From positions 34,258 through 98,257 of the forward strand of contig CAIYTH010000014.1 of NCBI GenBank assembly GCA_903929135.1: DNA of 64,000 bases, given 5' to 3'. The stretch comes from an uncultured Chlorobiales bacterium (GTDB lineage Bacteria; Bacteroidota; Chlorobiia; Chlorobiales; Chlorobiaceae). Numbering within the stretch: the first letter of the stretch is position 1; each line of letters begins with the position of its first letter. The notes beneath the pieces are model-generated. The model worked only from the letters and a program-made list of their open reading frames with translations. It had not been told where the DNA came from and made no database searches. Shown here one piece after another: positions 8,668 to 18,585 of the stretch. The translations under genes were made by a program, and so were the position numbers.

Positions 8668-9392
8668 GGTCGGTTGCGGGTTATGGTTGACGGGATGTCG
8701 CTGGAGGTCATGAGGTGCCGGATACGCGAAACGGCTGCGGCGACAGCCCGGGCACGGTGGCTGATGGCGTTTTTTTCGGGAAGGCCCATTTCGGCGAAGG
8801 TTTTTCCGGAACCGTCAGGCAGGAACACCGGGTCGTAGCCGAAACCGCCCTCACCGTGCCGTTCCGTCGTGATGGTCCCGTCGATGCGTCCTTCCAGGGT
8901 CTCGTCGACCCTGAGGCTTCCTCCGGCGGCGGAGGGCAGCCGGCCCTGCATGGCGATGACGGTCCTGAACCGAGCCGTGCGATCGACGGCGCCGGCCATT
9001 GCATGCAGCAGGTGGCGCACATTGTCGTCGTATGAGGGGGAGGCTCCTTCAGGTGCCGGGGCGAACCGTGCCGAACGCACGCCCGGTGCTCCACCGAGCG
9101 GATCGACCTCGAGCCCGGTGTCGTCGGCCATCACGATAAGCCACTCGAACATCGGTCCGGCGAGTTCGAGGACTGCAGCAGCCTTGAGCCGGGCGTTTCC
9201 CTCCAGCGTCGGTTCGGTCTCCTCGATGTCGGGCGTGAGCGCAAGGTCGCCAAGCGAATACAGTTTCAGGAACGGACAGATGCCTTCGAGCATCGGCTGG
9301 AGCTCACGCACCTTGTCCCTGTTGCCGGTCGCCAGTACGATGGCGACGAGGGGCGGCGCTTCTTTCGGATGATCGGTGACCGGCGTCTTCAT
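8664..9392 (-). CDS. rdgB: Non-canonical purine NTP pyrophosphatase (dITP/XTP, Ham1/RdgB family)
   Basis: ATGNRDKVRE, ADDTGLEVDPLGGAPGVRSARF, GFGYDPVF, ISHRARA. At 242 aa it is somewhat longer than usual at both ends. Confidence 0.85.
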   Translation of the reverse strand: MKTPVTDHPKEAPPLVAIVLATGNRDKVRELQPMLEGICPFLKLYSLGDLALTPDIEETEPTLEGNARLKAAAVLELAGPMFEWLIVMADDTGLEVDPLGGAPGVRSARFAPAPEGASPSYDDNVRHLLHAMAGAVDRTARFRTVIAMQGRLPSAAGGSLRVDETLEGRIDGTITTERHGEGGFGYDPVFLPDGSGKTFAEMGLPEKNAISHRARAVAAAVSRIRHLMTSSDIPSTITRNRP

Positions 9393-9396
9393 CTCG

Positions 9397-10110
9397 TTAC
9401 CTCTGGATGAGGTTGAGGATCTCGCCTATGGCCGCCGGCAGTCCGATCAGGGCCGCCCGTGCGATGAGCGCATGCCCGATGCTCACCTCTTCGATATCGC
9501 GGATATCGCGGAACGGGGCGATGTTCCTGACGCCCAACCCGTGACCGGCCACAACGCCGAGCCCGAGCTGTCGTCCGAAACGGGCTGCGGACCTGATCCG
9601 TTCCAGTTCGCGGACGAACGATTCCTCACCGGTGCACAGCGAGTAGGGGCCGGTGTGCAGCTCGACGAGGTCGGCCCCTGCCTTTGCGGAAAGTTCGATG
9701 GCCTCCTCTTCAGGCTCGATGAACAGGCTGACCTGGATGCCATGGTCGCGGATCGGCTTGACGAACTCGACGAGTGTCCGGAAGTGCGCCTTGATGGCGA
9801 AACCGCCCTCGGTGGTGAGCTCCTCGCGTTTTTCAGGCACGAGGGTGACCAGTTCGGGGCGGGTTCTGATGGCGATCGACTGCATCTCAGGAGTCATGGC
9901 CATCTCGAGGTCGAGTTTCGTGGTGATCGACTGACGCAGCCTTTCGAGGTCGTTGTCGCGGATGTGGCGCCGGTCTTCCCTCAGGTGGCAGACGATGCCC
10001 GAAGCTCCGTTCTTTTCGGAGAGCAGCGCGGCCTCTACCGGATCAGGATCACCTTCGTTTCTCGCATTGCGAAGGGTTGCGATATGATCTATGTTAACAG
10101 CCAGTCTCAT
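9397..10110 (-). CDS. pdxJ: Pyridoxine 5'-phosphate synthase
   Basis: [39 protein letters not shown]. Confidence 0.9.
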   Translation of the reverse strand: MRLAVNIDHIATLRNARNEGDPDPVEAALLSEKNGASGIVCHLREDRRHIRDNDLERLRQSITTKLDLEMAMTPEMQSIAIRTRPELVTLVPEKREELTTEGGFAIKAHFRTLVEFVKPIRDHGIQVSLFIEPEEEAIELSAKAGADLVELHTGPYSLCTGEESFVRELERIRSAARFGRQLGLGVVAGHGLGVRNIAPFRDIRDIEEVSIGHALIARAALIGLPAAIGEILNLIQR

Positions 10111-10311
10111 TGGTGTCGCCTTATAATTGCTTTAAAATATCCGGGGTTGCAGTCTAAGAGTAACAAAAGATCGTGAAAAAAAAGAACAGGTATCGCATTG
10201 CGGCGCATGCGACAGCAGAAGGGGCGGTGGGGATTTTCCTGTTATCTTTTATCTTCACGGGGTGCCGGCGACTCCGGCGGGGAAAAGAGGGATCATCCGG
10301 GAGAATATGAA

Positions 10312-12699
10312 ATGGACAGCATCGTACTGAAAAAGCTTGAATTCGACAAGGTTGCCGCGCATGCCGCCTGCTTCTGCATTTCACCGATGGGCAGGGATCT
10401 GCTGCTCGAGCTTCGCGCGCCGCACGGCATTGAGGAGACGAAACTCGAACTGCTGCGGGTGCTTGAGCTCAAGGATTTCCTGCTCGAGGGACAGCCGCTT
10501 CCATTCGCTCTCCTGCCCGACACCCGCAACCTGCTCGTCAGGCTGGAGGTAGCCGACAGCTGGCTCGAACCTGACGAACTGCTCGACATCTTCCACCTGC
10601 TGCAGAGCTCGGCCCTGCTGCGTCGCTTCATGTTCGCCAACCGGGAGCGCTATGCCGAACTGAACGATTTCACGATCAGGCTCTGGCTCGAAAAGAGCAT
10701 CCAGTACTCGATCTCCCAGGCCCTTGACGAGCAGGCACGGGTCCGCGACACGGCCAGCGACGGACTGTACATGATCCGCAAGGAGCTCGACGAAGCCAGG
10801 AGTTCGCTCCGGCGTCGGATGGAACGTATTCTTCGCCGCTGCCAGTCCGAAGGGTGGCTCATGGAGGATACCGTGGCCCTGAAGAACGGCCGCCAGGTGC
10901 TCGCCATGCGGGTCGAGTACAAATACAAGCTGCCCGGATACGTGCAGGATTACTCGCAGACCGGCCAGACGGTATTCGTCGAACCGGCCGAAACCCTCGA
11001 GATCAGCAACAGGATCCAGGAACTCGAGATTGCCGAACGGAGGGAGATCGAGCGCATCCTGAAGGAGCTGTCGGCCCTGGTGCGCAACGATCTGGCCGAC
11101 GTGCGGCACAACCAGGAGCTGCTTGCCGGGTTCGATTCGCTTTACGGCCGCGGAAGGCTCGCAGTTGAGACCGCCTCGAACCTGCCCGAAGTGACCGGCG
11201 GGAGCCGCCTGAAGATTATCAGGGGCTTCCATCCCTGGCTCCTTATTTCGCACCGGGCCGCGAAGGAGAAGGTTTTCCCGCTCGACATGGAACTCGGAGA
11301 GGATGAGCGGGTGCTCGTGATTTCGGGTCCGAATGCCGGCGGCAAGTCGGTGGCCATGAAGACGGTCGGCCTGCTCAGCTGCATGCTGCGACACGGCTAC
11401 CTCGTTCCCTGCAGCGAAAGCTCGGTGTTCCCTTCATTCAACGGACTCTTCATCGAGATCGGAGACGAGCAGTCCATCGAGAACGACCTGTCGACCTTCA
11501 GCTCGCACCTGTCGGCTATCCGGCACATCCTCGAACATGCCGTACCCGGCAGCCTGGCCATGATCGACGAGCTTTGCGCAGGCACCGACGTCGAGGAGGG
11601 GGGCGCGATCGCCCGGGCGGTCATCGAGGAGTTGCACGAACGTGGAGTGAAGACCATCGTCACCACCCACCTCGGGGAGCTCAAGGTCTATGCACACCGT
11701 CGCGAAGGGGTCGTGAACGGTGCCATGGAGTTCGATCGCGCAGGTCTCGTCCCGACCTTCAGGTTCATGAAGGGGTTGCCGGGAAACAGCTTCGCCTTCG
11801 CCATGATGCAGCGCATGGGGTTCCCGCCCGCGGTCGTTTCGAAGGCGACAGGCTTCATGGGGGAAAGCCATGCAGGCCTCGAAGAGATGATCGAGGACCT
11901 GAGGAAGGAGATCGACCACAACCGCACCCTTGCTTCGAAGCTCGATGCCGACCGGGCCACGGTCGAGGCGATCAGGGTTGCCGTCGATGCTGAAAAATCC
12001 GAAATGCAGCGGGCGAAGCGGGAACTGAAGGAGCGCGGGTTGCGAGAGATGCAGAAAGAGCTCGAGCATGCCCGAAAGGAGCTCAGGGAGCTGCTTCGCG
12101 AGGTAAAGGAGCATCCTGCAGACCAGGAGGCGACGAAGCGTGCGAAGGCGAAGCTGGCGGGGATGAACCGGGAATCGGCCGCCGCCGGGGCGTCGCTCGA
12201 ACAGGAGCGCGCAGTGGAGTCGACGGTCGACCGGACGATCCGGCAGGGCGATCTGGTTCGCCTTTCCGGCACCAGCACGACAGGTGAAGTCGACTCGGTG
12301 CAGGGCGATTCGGTCGTGGTGCGATGCGGCAATTTCAGGCTTACCACCTCATTGCGGGAGCTCGAAAAAATTTCGAAGGGCCAGGAAAAGAAGCTGAAAA
12401 AGGATGACACCGGGCAGCAGAAGTCAGCGGGGTGGTCGGTCCGCTCCACTGCGCCTGACTCGACCCGCCTCGATCTTCGGGGCATGACCGGCGACGAGGC
12501 AATTTCGGAGGTTGCCCGCTTCATCGACGGGCTGGTGATGCACCGGATGCCGACCGGCACCATCATTCACGGCAAGGGCTCGGGAGCCTTGAGGCAGCGT
12601 ACGGCCGAGTTCCTGCAGCAGCATCGTCATGTCAGCAACTTCCGTCTGGGCGACTGGTCCGAGGGCGGTGCCGGGGTGACGGTTGTCGAACTTCAATAG
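10312..12699 (+). CDS. mutS2: Endonuclease MutS2 (MutS domain V ATPase plus C-terminal Smr)
   Basis: Walker A ISGPNAGGKSVAMKTVGL. Coiled-coil middle region. Smr end LDLRGMTGDEAISEV...IIHGKGSGALR. Start trimmed to MDSIVLKKLEFDKV. Confidence 0.9.
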   Translation: MDSIVLKKLEFDKVAAHAACFCISPMGRDLLLELRAPHGIEETKLELLRVLELKDFLLEGQPLPFALLPDTRNLLVRLEVADSWLEPDELLDIFHLLQSSALLRRFMFANRERYAELNDFTIRLWLEKSIQYSISQALDEQARVRDTASDGLYMIRKELDEARSSLRRRMERILRRCQSEGWLMEDTVALKNGRQVLAMRVEYKYKLPGYVQDYSQTGQTVFVEPAETLEISNRIQELEIAERREIERILKELSALVRNDLADVRHNQELLAGFDSLYGRGRLAVETASNLPEVTGGSRLKIIRGFHPWLLISHRAAKEKVFPLDMELGEDERVLVISGPNAGGKSVAMKTVGLLSCMLRHGYLVPCSESSVFPSFNGLFIEIGDEQSIENDLSTFSSHLSAIRHILEHAVPGSLAMIDELCAGTDVEEGGAIARAVIEELHERGVKTIVTTHLGELKVYAHRREGVVNGAMEFDRAGLVPTFRFMKGLPGNSFAFAMMQRMGFPPAVVSKATGFMGESHAGLEEMIEDLRKEIDHNRTLASKLDADRATVEAIRVAVDAEKSEMQRAKRELKERGLREMQKELEHARKELRELLREVKEHPADQEATKRAKAKLAGMNRESAAAGASLEQERAVESTVDRTIRQGDLVRLSGTSTTGEVDSVQGDSVVVRCGNFRLTTSLRELEKISKGQEKKLKKDDTGQQKSAGWSVRSTAPDSTRLDLRGMTGDEAISEVARFIDGLVMHRMPTGTIIHGKGSGALRQRTAEFLQQHRHVSNFRLGDWSEGGAGVTVVELQ

Positions 12700-12753
12700 G
12701 CCGCTGTTACGCATTGAAAAACAGTTTCCAAAAACTTATCTTGTGCCGACGAG

Positions 12754-12779
12754 CGACCCCTCAGCAGGGGATCGTTTTT
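12754..12779 (+). terminator. Intrinsic terminator after mutS2
   Basis: Stem cgacccct/aggggatcg (one bulge), loop cagc, followed by ttttt. Confidence 0.6.
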
Positions 12780-12811
12780 CTGTGCACCAAAACAACGGTT
12801 TCTGATCAGCC

Positions 12812-13408
12812 ATGACCTTACCGAACCAGCTCACGACCCTGAGGATCATCCTCGTGCCGGTTTTTGTCGCGCTGCTGCTGCAGAAAGACCCTTATCTCAA
12901 ACTGGTCGGTGTCATCGTATTTGCCTTTGCCTCCCTCACGGACGCCTATGACGGATACCATGCACGGAAGTACGGTGAAGTCACCAGGCTTGGCGCCTTC
13001 CTCGATCCGCTCGCCGACAAGCTGCTCATCACAGCGGCATTCCTTCTCTACGTGTGGCAGGGGTACCTCGCCCTCTGGATGGTACTGCTGGTGGCGGCAC
13101 GGGATATCCTCATCACGCTGCTCAGGGTCTATGCCGAGTACCGGGACAGGCCGGTCGTCACCTCGAAGGAGGCCAAGTACAAGACGCTTGCCCAGAACCT
13201 GTTCGCCTATGTCGTCATGCTGTTCATCCTCATGAAGGAGGACTTTTTCTTCGGCAAGCGGGTGGCATCGGTCATGAACGGCATCCTCCATTCCGGATAC
13301 CTCGACTACGTGATGCTGGCCATCACGCTTTTTACCGTCTATACCGGCATCTCCTACCTGGTGACCAACTGGAACAGCTCCCTCCGGAACCCGGAAGGGG
13401 GGCACTGA
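12812..13408 (+). CDS. pgsA: CDP-diacylglycerol--glycerol-3-phosphate 3-phosphatidyltransferase
   Basis: CDP-alcohol phosphatidyltransferase motif DAYDGYHARKYGEVTRLGAFLDPLADK. Confidence 0.85.
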   Translation: MTLPNQLTTLRIILVPVFVALLLQKDPYLKLVGVIVFAFASLTDAYDGYHARKYGEVTRLGAFLDPLADKLLITAAFLLYVWQGYLALWMVLLVAARDILITLLRVYAEYRDRPVVTSKEAKYKTLAQNLFAYVVMLFILMKEDFFFGKRVASVMNGILHSGYLDYVMLAITLFTVYTGISYLVTNWNSSLRNPEGGH

Positions 13409-13412
13409 GCCC

Positions 13413-13880
13413 ATGACCCGCCTGATCGCAAAGACCTTCGGGAGCGTTTTCGGCATCGGTTATCTTCCATTCGCCCCGGGTACTTTCGGAAGCCTCGCCG
13501 CCGTCCTGATCTATCTGTTTTTCCCGGCATTGGCGCCCCTCGGGATTTTCGTGCCGCTGATCATCCTGACTTCAGCGCTGGGCGTCTGGGCGGGGGGCAT
13601 CATGGAGAAGGAGTACGGAAAAGACCCCTCTTCGGCGGTCATCGACGAACTCGCCGGCCAGTGGCTGGCCCTTGCCGCCCTGCCCGCAGCGCCTGTCGCG
13701 GTGTTTCTTTCGTTCGTTTTTTTCAGGCTTTACGACATCTGGAAGCCGGGGCCCGTCGACCGGGCCCAGAACCTTCCGGACGGCTGGGGCATCATGGTCG
13801 ACGACCTGCTCGCCGGGCTGCTTGCCAACCTCTCGGTGCGCCTGGTGTTGGTGCTTCTGCCGTTCCTCTCCCCGGGCTGA
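13413..13880 (+). CDS. pgpA: Phosphatidylglycerophosphatase A
   Basis: GIGYLPFAPGTFGS, VIDELAGQW, YDIWKPGP, GIMVDDLLAG. Lies 4 nt after pgsA. Confidence 0.85.
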   Translation: MTRLIAKTFGSVFGIGYLPFAPGTFGSLAAVLIYLFFPALAPLGIFVPLIILTSALGVWAGGIMEKEYGKDPSSAVIDELAGQWLALAALPAAPVAVFLSFVFFRLYDIWKPGPVDRAQNLPDGWGIMVDDLLAGLLANLSVRLVLVLLPFLSPG

Positions 13881-13961
13881 AGCCCTGGGCAAATAGAAAG
13901 CATGCAAGATTGAATGTCCGCAGGGTCGAAACCCTGGGGAGGAATTCCTGTCGCCAGGTTT

Positions 13962-15887
13962 TCAGGTAGCCCTGCAGAATTTTTCGACTTTCTCCGCAAT
14001 CGAGCCGGCGTCGAGGCCGATCTCCCGGTAGAGCTCGTCCATGCTGCCGTGCGTCACGAACGCATCGGGCAGGCCGAACTTTGCGGTCCTGACCTCCGGA
14101 TTGCTTTGGTGCAGGTATTCGGCGACACTGCTTCCCAGGCCTCCGATCACGCTGTTCTCCTCGATCGTGACGACATGCCCGCATCGGGCAGCGACGGCAT
14201 CGAGCAGTTCCGTATCGAGCGGTTTCAGGAATCGCATGTCGCAGACCATCGGGTTCAGGCCGCGGGCTTCGAGCAGGAGTGCCGTCTCTTCAGCACGGCG
14301 GACCATGGAGCCGATGCCGAGCAGGGCGACGGAGTCTCCTTCGCGCAGCACCCTGCCCTTGCCGACCGGCACCGGAGTGAACTCCTTGTGCAGCACCGCC
14401 CCGGTTCCGTTGCCCCGCGGGTAGCGGATGGCCACCGGTCCCCTGATTTCGTAGAGCGCCGTGTAGAGCATGTTCCTGAGTTCCTGCTCGTCGCCAGGGG
14501 CCATGACCACCAGGTTCGGTACGGCATGCAGGAAGGAGAGGTCGAACGCTCCGTGGTGCGTCGGCCCGTCTTCGCCGACGAGCCCTGCACGGTCGATGGC
14601 GAACACCACGTGCAGGTTCTGCAGCGCCACGTCATGGATGAGCTGGTCGAAGGCGCGCTGCAGGAATGTGGAGTAGACGGCAAAGACCGGCTTGAATCCG
14701 CCGGCTGCGAGACCAGCCGCGAAGGTCACGGCATGCTGCTCGGCGATGCCGACGTCGTAGAACCTTGACGGGATGGCGTTCTGGAACAGGTCGAGCGACG
14801 TGCCGCTCGGCATGGCGGCCGTGATCGCTGCGATGGTGTCGTCCTTCAGGGCGAGCTCCACCAGAGCCTCCCCGAACACCTCCTGGTATTTCGGCGGTGC
14901 CGGCTTGGCGGCTCCGAGCAGGTTCTTTCCGGTTTCAATGTCGAACCCGCCGCTGCTTGCGTGCCATTTGGACTGGTTGTCTTCGGCAGGCTTGAACCCC
15001 TTGCCCTTGGTCGTGATCACGTGCAGCAGCTTGGGGTGCGGCAGCGAGTGCATTTCACGAAGCGCCTTGACCATCAGATCCATGTTGTTGCCGTCGATCG
15101 GGCCGAAATAGCGGAAGCCGAGCGCCTCGAAGAATGCTCCCGGCGTGAACGCGGCCTTGATGCCGTCCTCGAGCCGGTGCACGGCAGTCTTCGCCGTATC
15201 CCCGAGATCGTTGTTCAGGAGCGAGATGCTGTCCCAGACGAACTTCCTCAGCTTGTTGTAGGTCTTGTTCAACGGGATGTTGACGAGGTAATTCTTCAGT
15301 CCGCCGGTGCTCGGGGAGATCGCCATCTGGTTGTCGTTCAGGATGACGAGCACGTCCGACTTTGTGGCGCCGAGGTGGTTCATGGCTTCGAACGCCATGC
15401 CTCCCGTCATGCTGCCGTCGCCGATGACAGCCACGATCTTTTCGTTCCTGCCTGCCAGGTCGCGCGCTGCAGCAAGACCTGCGGCTGCCGAGATAGATGT
15501 CGAGGCGTGGCCGGTGTCGAAGGCGTCATGCGGGCTTTCGTTCCGCTTCGGGAAACCGGCGATGCCTCCGTACTGCCGGTTGGTGTGCATCTGCTCCATC
15601 CTGCCGGTGAGGATCTTGTGCACATAGGCCTGGTGGCCGACATCCCAGATGATCCGGTCCATGGGGCTGTTGTACACATGGTGCAGGGCAACGGTCATCT
15701 CCACGACACCCAGGCTCGAACCGAAATGGCCTCCATTGATCGAGACCAGTTCGATCACCCGTTTGCGGCACTCGGCCGCCACGAGTTCGAGTTCGGGCAG
15801 GCTCAGCTTCTTCAGGTCGGCCGGACCGTTGATTCTGGACAGCAGGGGATAGGCCTGCATCGATGAGGTGGAGATTGGAACTGCCAT
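13962..15887 (-). CDS. dxs: 1-deoxy-D-xylulose-5-phosphate synthase
   Basis: GGHFGSSLGVVEMTVALH, DVGHQAY, GDGSMTGGMAFEAMN. 641 aa; the start could instead be M10 at 15860. Confidence 0.92.
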   Translation of the reverse strand: MAVPISTSSMQAYPLLSRINGPADLKKLSLPELELVAAECRKRVIELVSINGGHFGSSLGVVEMTVALHHVYNSPMDRIIWDVGHQAYVHKILTGRMEQMHTNRQYGGIAGFPKRNESPHDAFDTGHASTSISAAAGLAAARDLAGRNEKIVAVIGDGSMTGGMAFEAMNHLGATKSDVLVILNDNQMAISPSTGGLKNYLVNIPLNKTYNKLRKFVWDSISLLNNDLGDTAKTAVHRLEDGIKAAFTPGAFFEALGFRYFGPIDGNNMDLMVKALREMHSLPHPKLLHVITTKGKGFKPAEDNQSKWHASSGGFDIETGKNLLGAAKPAPPKYQEVFGEALVELALKDDTIAAITAAMPSGTSLDLFQNAIPSRFYDVGIAEQHAVTFAAGLAAGGFKPVFAVYSTFLQRAFDQLIHDVALQNLHVVFAIDRAGLVGEDGPTHHGAFDLSFLHAVPNLVVMAPGDEQELRNMLYTALYEIRGPVAIRYPRGNGTGAVLHKEFTPVPVGKGRVLREGDSVALLGIGSMVRRAEETALLLEARGLNPMVCDMRFLKPLDTELLDAVAARCGHVVTIEENSVIGGLGSSVAEYLHQSNPEVRTAKFGLPDAFVTHGSMDELYREIGLDAGSIAEKVEKFCRAT

Positions 15888-15982
15888 GTTTTGGGTAGGA
15901 TATGGTGGATGATCAGTCAGGTCGCTCGCGGGGTATTGTGGGTTTTTAACCCGGATCGACGGTTTTCGGTTCCTTTGTTTTT

Positions 15983-16408
15983 CTACTCACCCTGAATCTG
16001 GACGAATACCTGCCGGTTTTCGCGCGGGCCGTCGAGTTCGACGAGGAAGATCGACTGCCATTCGCCCAGCAGCATGAGCCCTTCGGTGAAGGGAATGGAT
16101 TCGGTGCTGTTCATGAAAAGCCCGAGCAGGTGGGAGTGGGCATTGTCCCTGCCGTCGATGGGCTCGAGGTTGTGCAGGTAGTCGCCATCCCTTGGCACGA
16201 GCCTCTTCAGGAAGGTGATCATGTCCTGCACGAGACGCGGTTCCCGCTCGTTGATATTGATGCAGGCAGTGGTGTGCCGGCTGAGCACGGTGACCGTGCC
16301 TTGCCTCAGGCCCGAATTTTCAAGTGTGGATCGCACTTCCTGCGTAATGTCGACGATGTCGATAGGACGTGTCGTCCGGCACGATATGGTGGTGGTGTGG
16401 AACGGCAT
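15983..16408 (-). CDS. YjbQ/UPF0047 family protein (secondary thiamine-phosphate synthase-like)
   Basis: 141 aa. TVLSRHTTACININE and DNAHSHL are typical of the family. Confidence 0.75.
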   Translation of the reverse strand: MPFHTTTISCRTTRPIDIVDITQEVRSTLENSGLRQGTVTVLSRHTTACININEREPRLVQDMITFLKRLVPRDGDYLHNLEPIDGRDNAHSHLLGLFMNSTESIPFTEGLMLLGEWQSIFLVELDGPRENRQVFVQIQGE

Positions 16409-16449
16409 GAATGTGCTGAAGATTGAAACAGTGATGGAAATAAATGGTC

Positions 16450-17901
16450 TCAGGTCCTGTGCACCAGGATGAGCACTCCTTCATGTGGAGCAAGGCGGAT
16501 GCTCATGGTCGAGTCGCTGATACGGCGCTCGTGGGGCTGGTCGGGATAACGGGTCGAGAATGAGGTGACCGCGTCGACGGGAAGCCCGGAGAGTGCAGGA
16601 TGGCTGAACTTTGTGTCGATGCCGGTGGCGGAAAAATTGGCCAGCACGAATGCCTGCTTTTTCGACAATGAGCGGCAGTAGCCGAAGCAGAGCGAGTCGT
16701 CGTCGGCGTTCAGTTCGAGCCATTCGGTCATGCCCTTCTGCAGGGCAGCTTCGGACCTGAATTTGAACAGCATGAGGTACAGGTTCAGCAGAGCCTTGTG
16801 TGACTGCTCCCTGGCGTGCCGCAGGAGCTGGACGGGCACCTTCTTCTTCATTCCGGTCAACTGCCCCTGGTGGACCAGGTGCATGCCGGGAGAGGTGAGC
16901 ATGACGAGGGCCGCGACGGCATGGTTCGGCCCGAAGCGCTCCGAGGCGCGGATTTCGTCATGGTTTTCGATGAAGCGGCAGAGTTTTTTCTGGTATTCCC
17001 AGTCGGCCAGCAGGTGCCCCTTGAGTTTTATGACGTTGACAGGGGAACTGCCCAGGAAATCGTAGAAAGGCTTGTCATAGGTGAAGTCGAACCCCATCTG
17101 CTGCAGCTCCCACTCCCGGTCCCAATAGGATTCGGCCAGGAACAGGAAATCGGGATGCTTTTTCTTCACCGACTGGATTGCCCTGGGCCAGAACTCCTCG
17201 TTCATCATGCCCCCGAGGTTGCCCCAGGTCATGTTGAATATCTCCTTCAGTTCCAGCATGGCCATGTCGCACCTCACTGCATCGCACATGTCGCTGATGT
17301 GCGCCAGGTTGTGGATCATCATCTCGTGGGTGGCCGGATTCGCGTAGTTCAGCTGCAGGGTGTCGGTCCAGGGCGGGAAGTAGGGGTCCTTGCCGTGGGC
17401 AAGGTATTTGCCCCTTGCGTATTCGAAGCATGAACGCGGGTTCTGGCACTGTTCATGTTTGGAGATGGTGATGAAAAATTCGGGATGTTCGGGCAGCCAG
17501 CGGTTGTCGAGGGCCATGTGGTTGGGCACGAAATCGAGCATGAGCCGGATGCCCCGTTCCGCCAGTCTTCTGCGGAACGACAGGATGCCTGCGTGACCGC
17601 CGAGCGCTTCGTTGACCTCGTATGAGGGGATCGAATAGGGGGAGCTGGCGATGTCTTCCGGGTGAAGATCCTTGAGATGTTCGAGGAATTCGGATCTCAG
17701 GCCGTGATGGGAGGCGGCTGTTGCCGCGCTGTAATGGCTCGGTTTCCACACCCCCATCAGCCAGACCATGTCGAAGCCGGCCTCACCGAAAAGCTCGAAC
17801 TCCTCGTCGGGCACCCCGTCGAGGGTGATTGCCCTTCCGAGCTTGTCAGAGAGCTCTTTCAGCCACACCCTCGTATTGATTTCGTAGACAAGAGGAAACA
17901 T
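16450..17901 (-). CDS. Alpha-amylase (GH13-like) family protein, cytoplasmic
   Basis: LMLDFVPNHMA, VRCDMAM and FIENHD resemble GH13 conserved regions I, II and IV. No signal peptide. Start trimmed to MFPLVYEINTRVW. Confidence 0.7.
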   Translation of the reverse strand: MFPLVYEINTRVWLKELSDKLGRAITLDGVPDEEFELFGEAGFDMVWLMGVWKPSHYSAATAASHHGLRSEFLEHLKDLHPEDIASSPYSIPSYEVNEALGGHAGILSFRRRLAERGIRLMLDFVPNHMALDNRWLPEHPEFFITISKHEQCQNPRSCFEYARGKYLAHGKDPYFPPWTDTLQLNYANPATHEMMIHNLAHISDMCDAVRCDMAMLELKEIFNMTWGNLGGMMNEEFWPRAIQSVKKKHPDFLFLAESYWDREWELQQMGFDFTYDKPFYDFLGSSPVNVIKLKGHLLADWEYQKKLCRFIENHDEIRASERFGPNHAVAALVMLTSPGMHLVHQGQLTGMKKKVPVQLLRHAREQSHKALLNLYLMLFKFRSEAALQKGMTEWLELNADDDSLCFGYCRSLSKKQAFVLANFSATGIDTKFSHPALSGLPVDAVTSFSTRYPDQPHERRISDSTMSIRLAPHEGVLILVHRT

Positions 17902-18101
17902 GTGGAAGCCGATTGCTTGTGGAAGAAGTACTGTCGTCAAATATAAAAATGTAAAATCAATTCGTGCTGTCCGATGTTTCCTGATGGTTATTCGATGCAA
18001 CTCCTGCCCGATGCAGGTTGTTCTTTAAACAGGGGGAATCGTGCACCTCATGTTCAGGAGATGTCTGTTCTTCCCTCTTTGCAATCAAACCGAGGGTTCT
18101 C

Positions 18102-18434
18102 ATGACAAATATCGAAACCAAGCACTGCGTGCCCTGTTCAGGCGCAGCGATCCCGATGACCGCCGATCAGCTCCGCGAGCACCTTTCCACCATTCCCGGC
18201 TGGAATGTCGCCGAAGAGGGCAAAGTCAAACGACTTGTAAAGACCTTCACCTTCCCCGATTTCAACGAGGCGATGGAGTTTTCCTGCAAGGTGTGGAAGC
18301 TCGCCGAGGCCGAAGGGCACCACCCCGCCATCCTCACGGAGTGGGGCAAAACGACCATTTCCTGGTGGACCCATGAAATCGACGGCGTGCATCTGAACGA
18401 TATCATCATGGCCGCGAAGACCGATCGCCTTTGA
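18102..18434 (+). CDS. Pterin-4a-carbinolamine dehydratase family protein
   Basis: AEGHHPAILTEWGKTTISWWTHEIDGVHLNDIIMA. Start trimmed to MTNIETKHCVPC. Confidence 0.8.
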   Translation: MTNIETKHCVPCSGAAIPMTADQLREHLSTIPGWNVAEEGKVKRLVKTFTFPDFNEAMEFSCKVWKLAEAEGHHPAILTEWGKTTISWWTHEIDGVHLNDIIMAAKTDRL

Positions 18435-18585
18435 TGATGTTCTCCGCTTGAGCCGGGCCAACCTCCTGCGTTCTCTCCGGCGGGTTGGCAATAAGGGGAA
18501 ATTATACGAACTTTACCCCCGAAATCCCGGGATTCCCCCGCCTGCCCGAGGGCCAGGCACAGCAACATTCTAAGCTTCCGTACTT

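Noticed and set aside
10198-10311. N-terminal 38 codons of ORF 10198..12699 (mutS2)
   Set aside because: The sequence is Arg/Gly-rich and unlike MutS2. The family-typical N-terminus (MDSIVLKKLEFDKV) starts at 10312.
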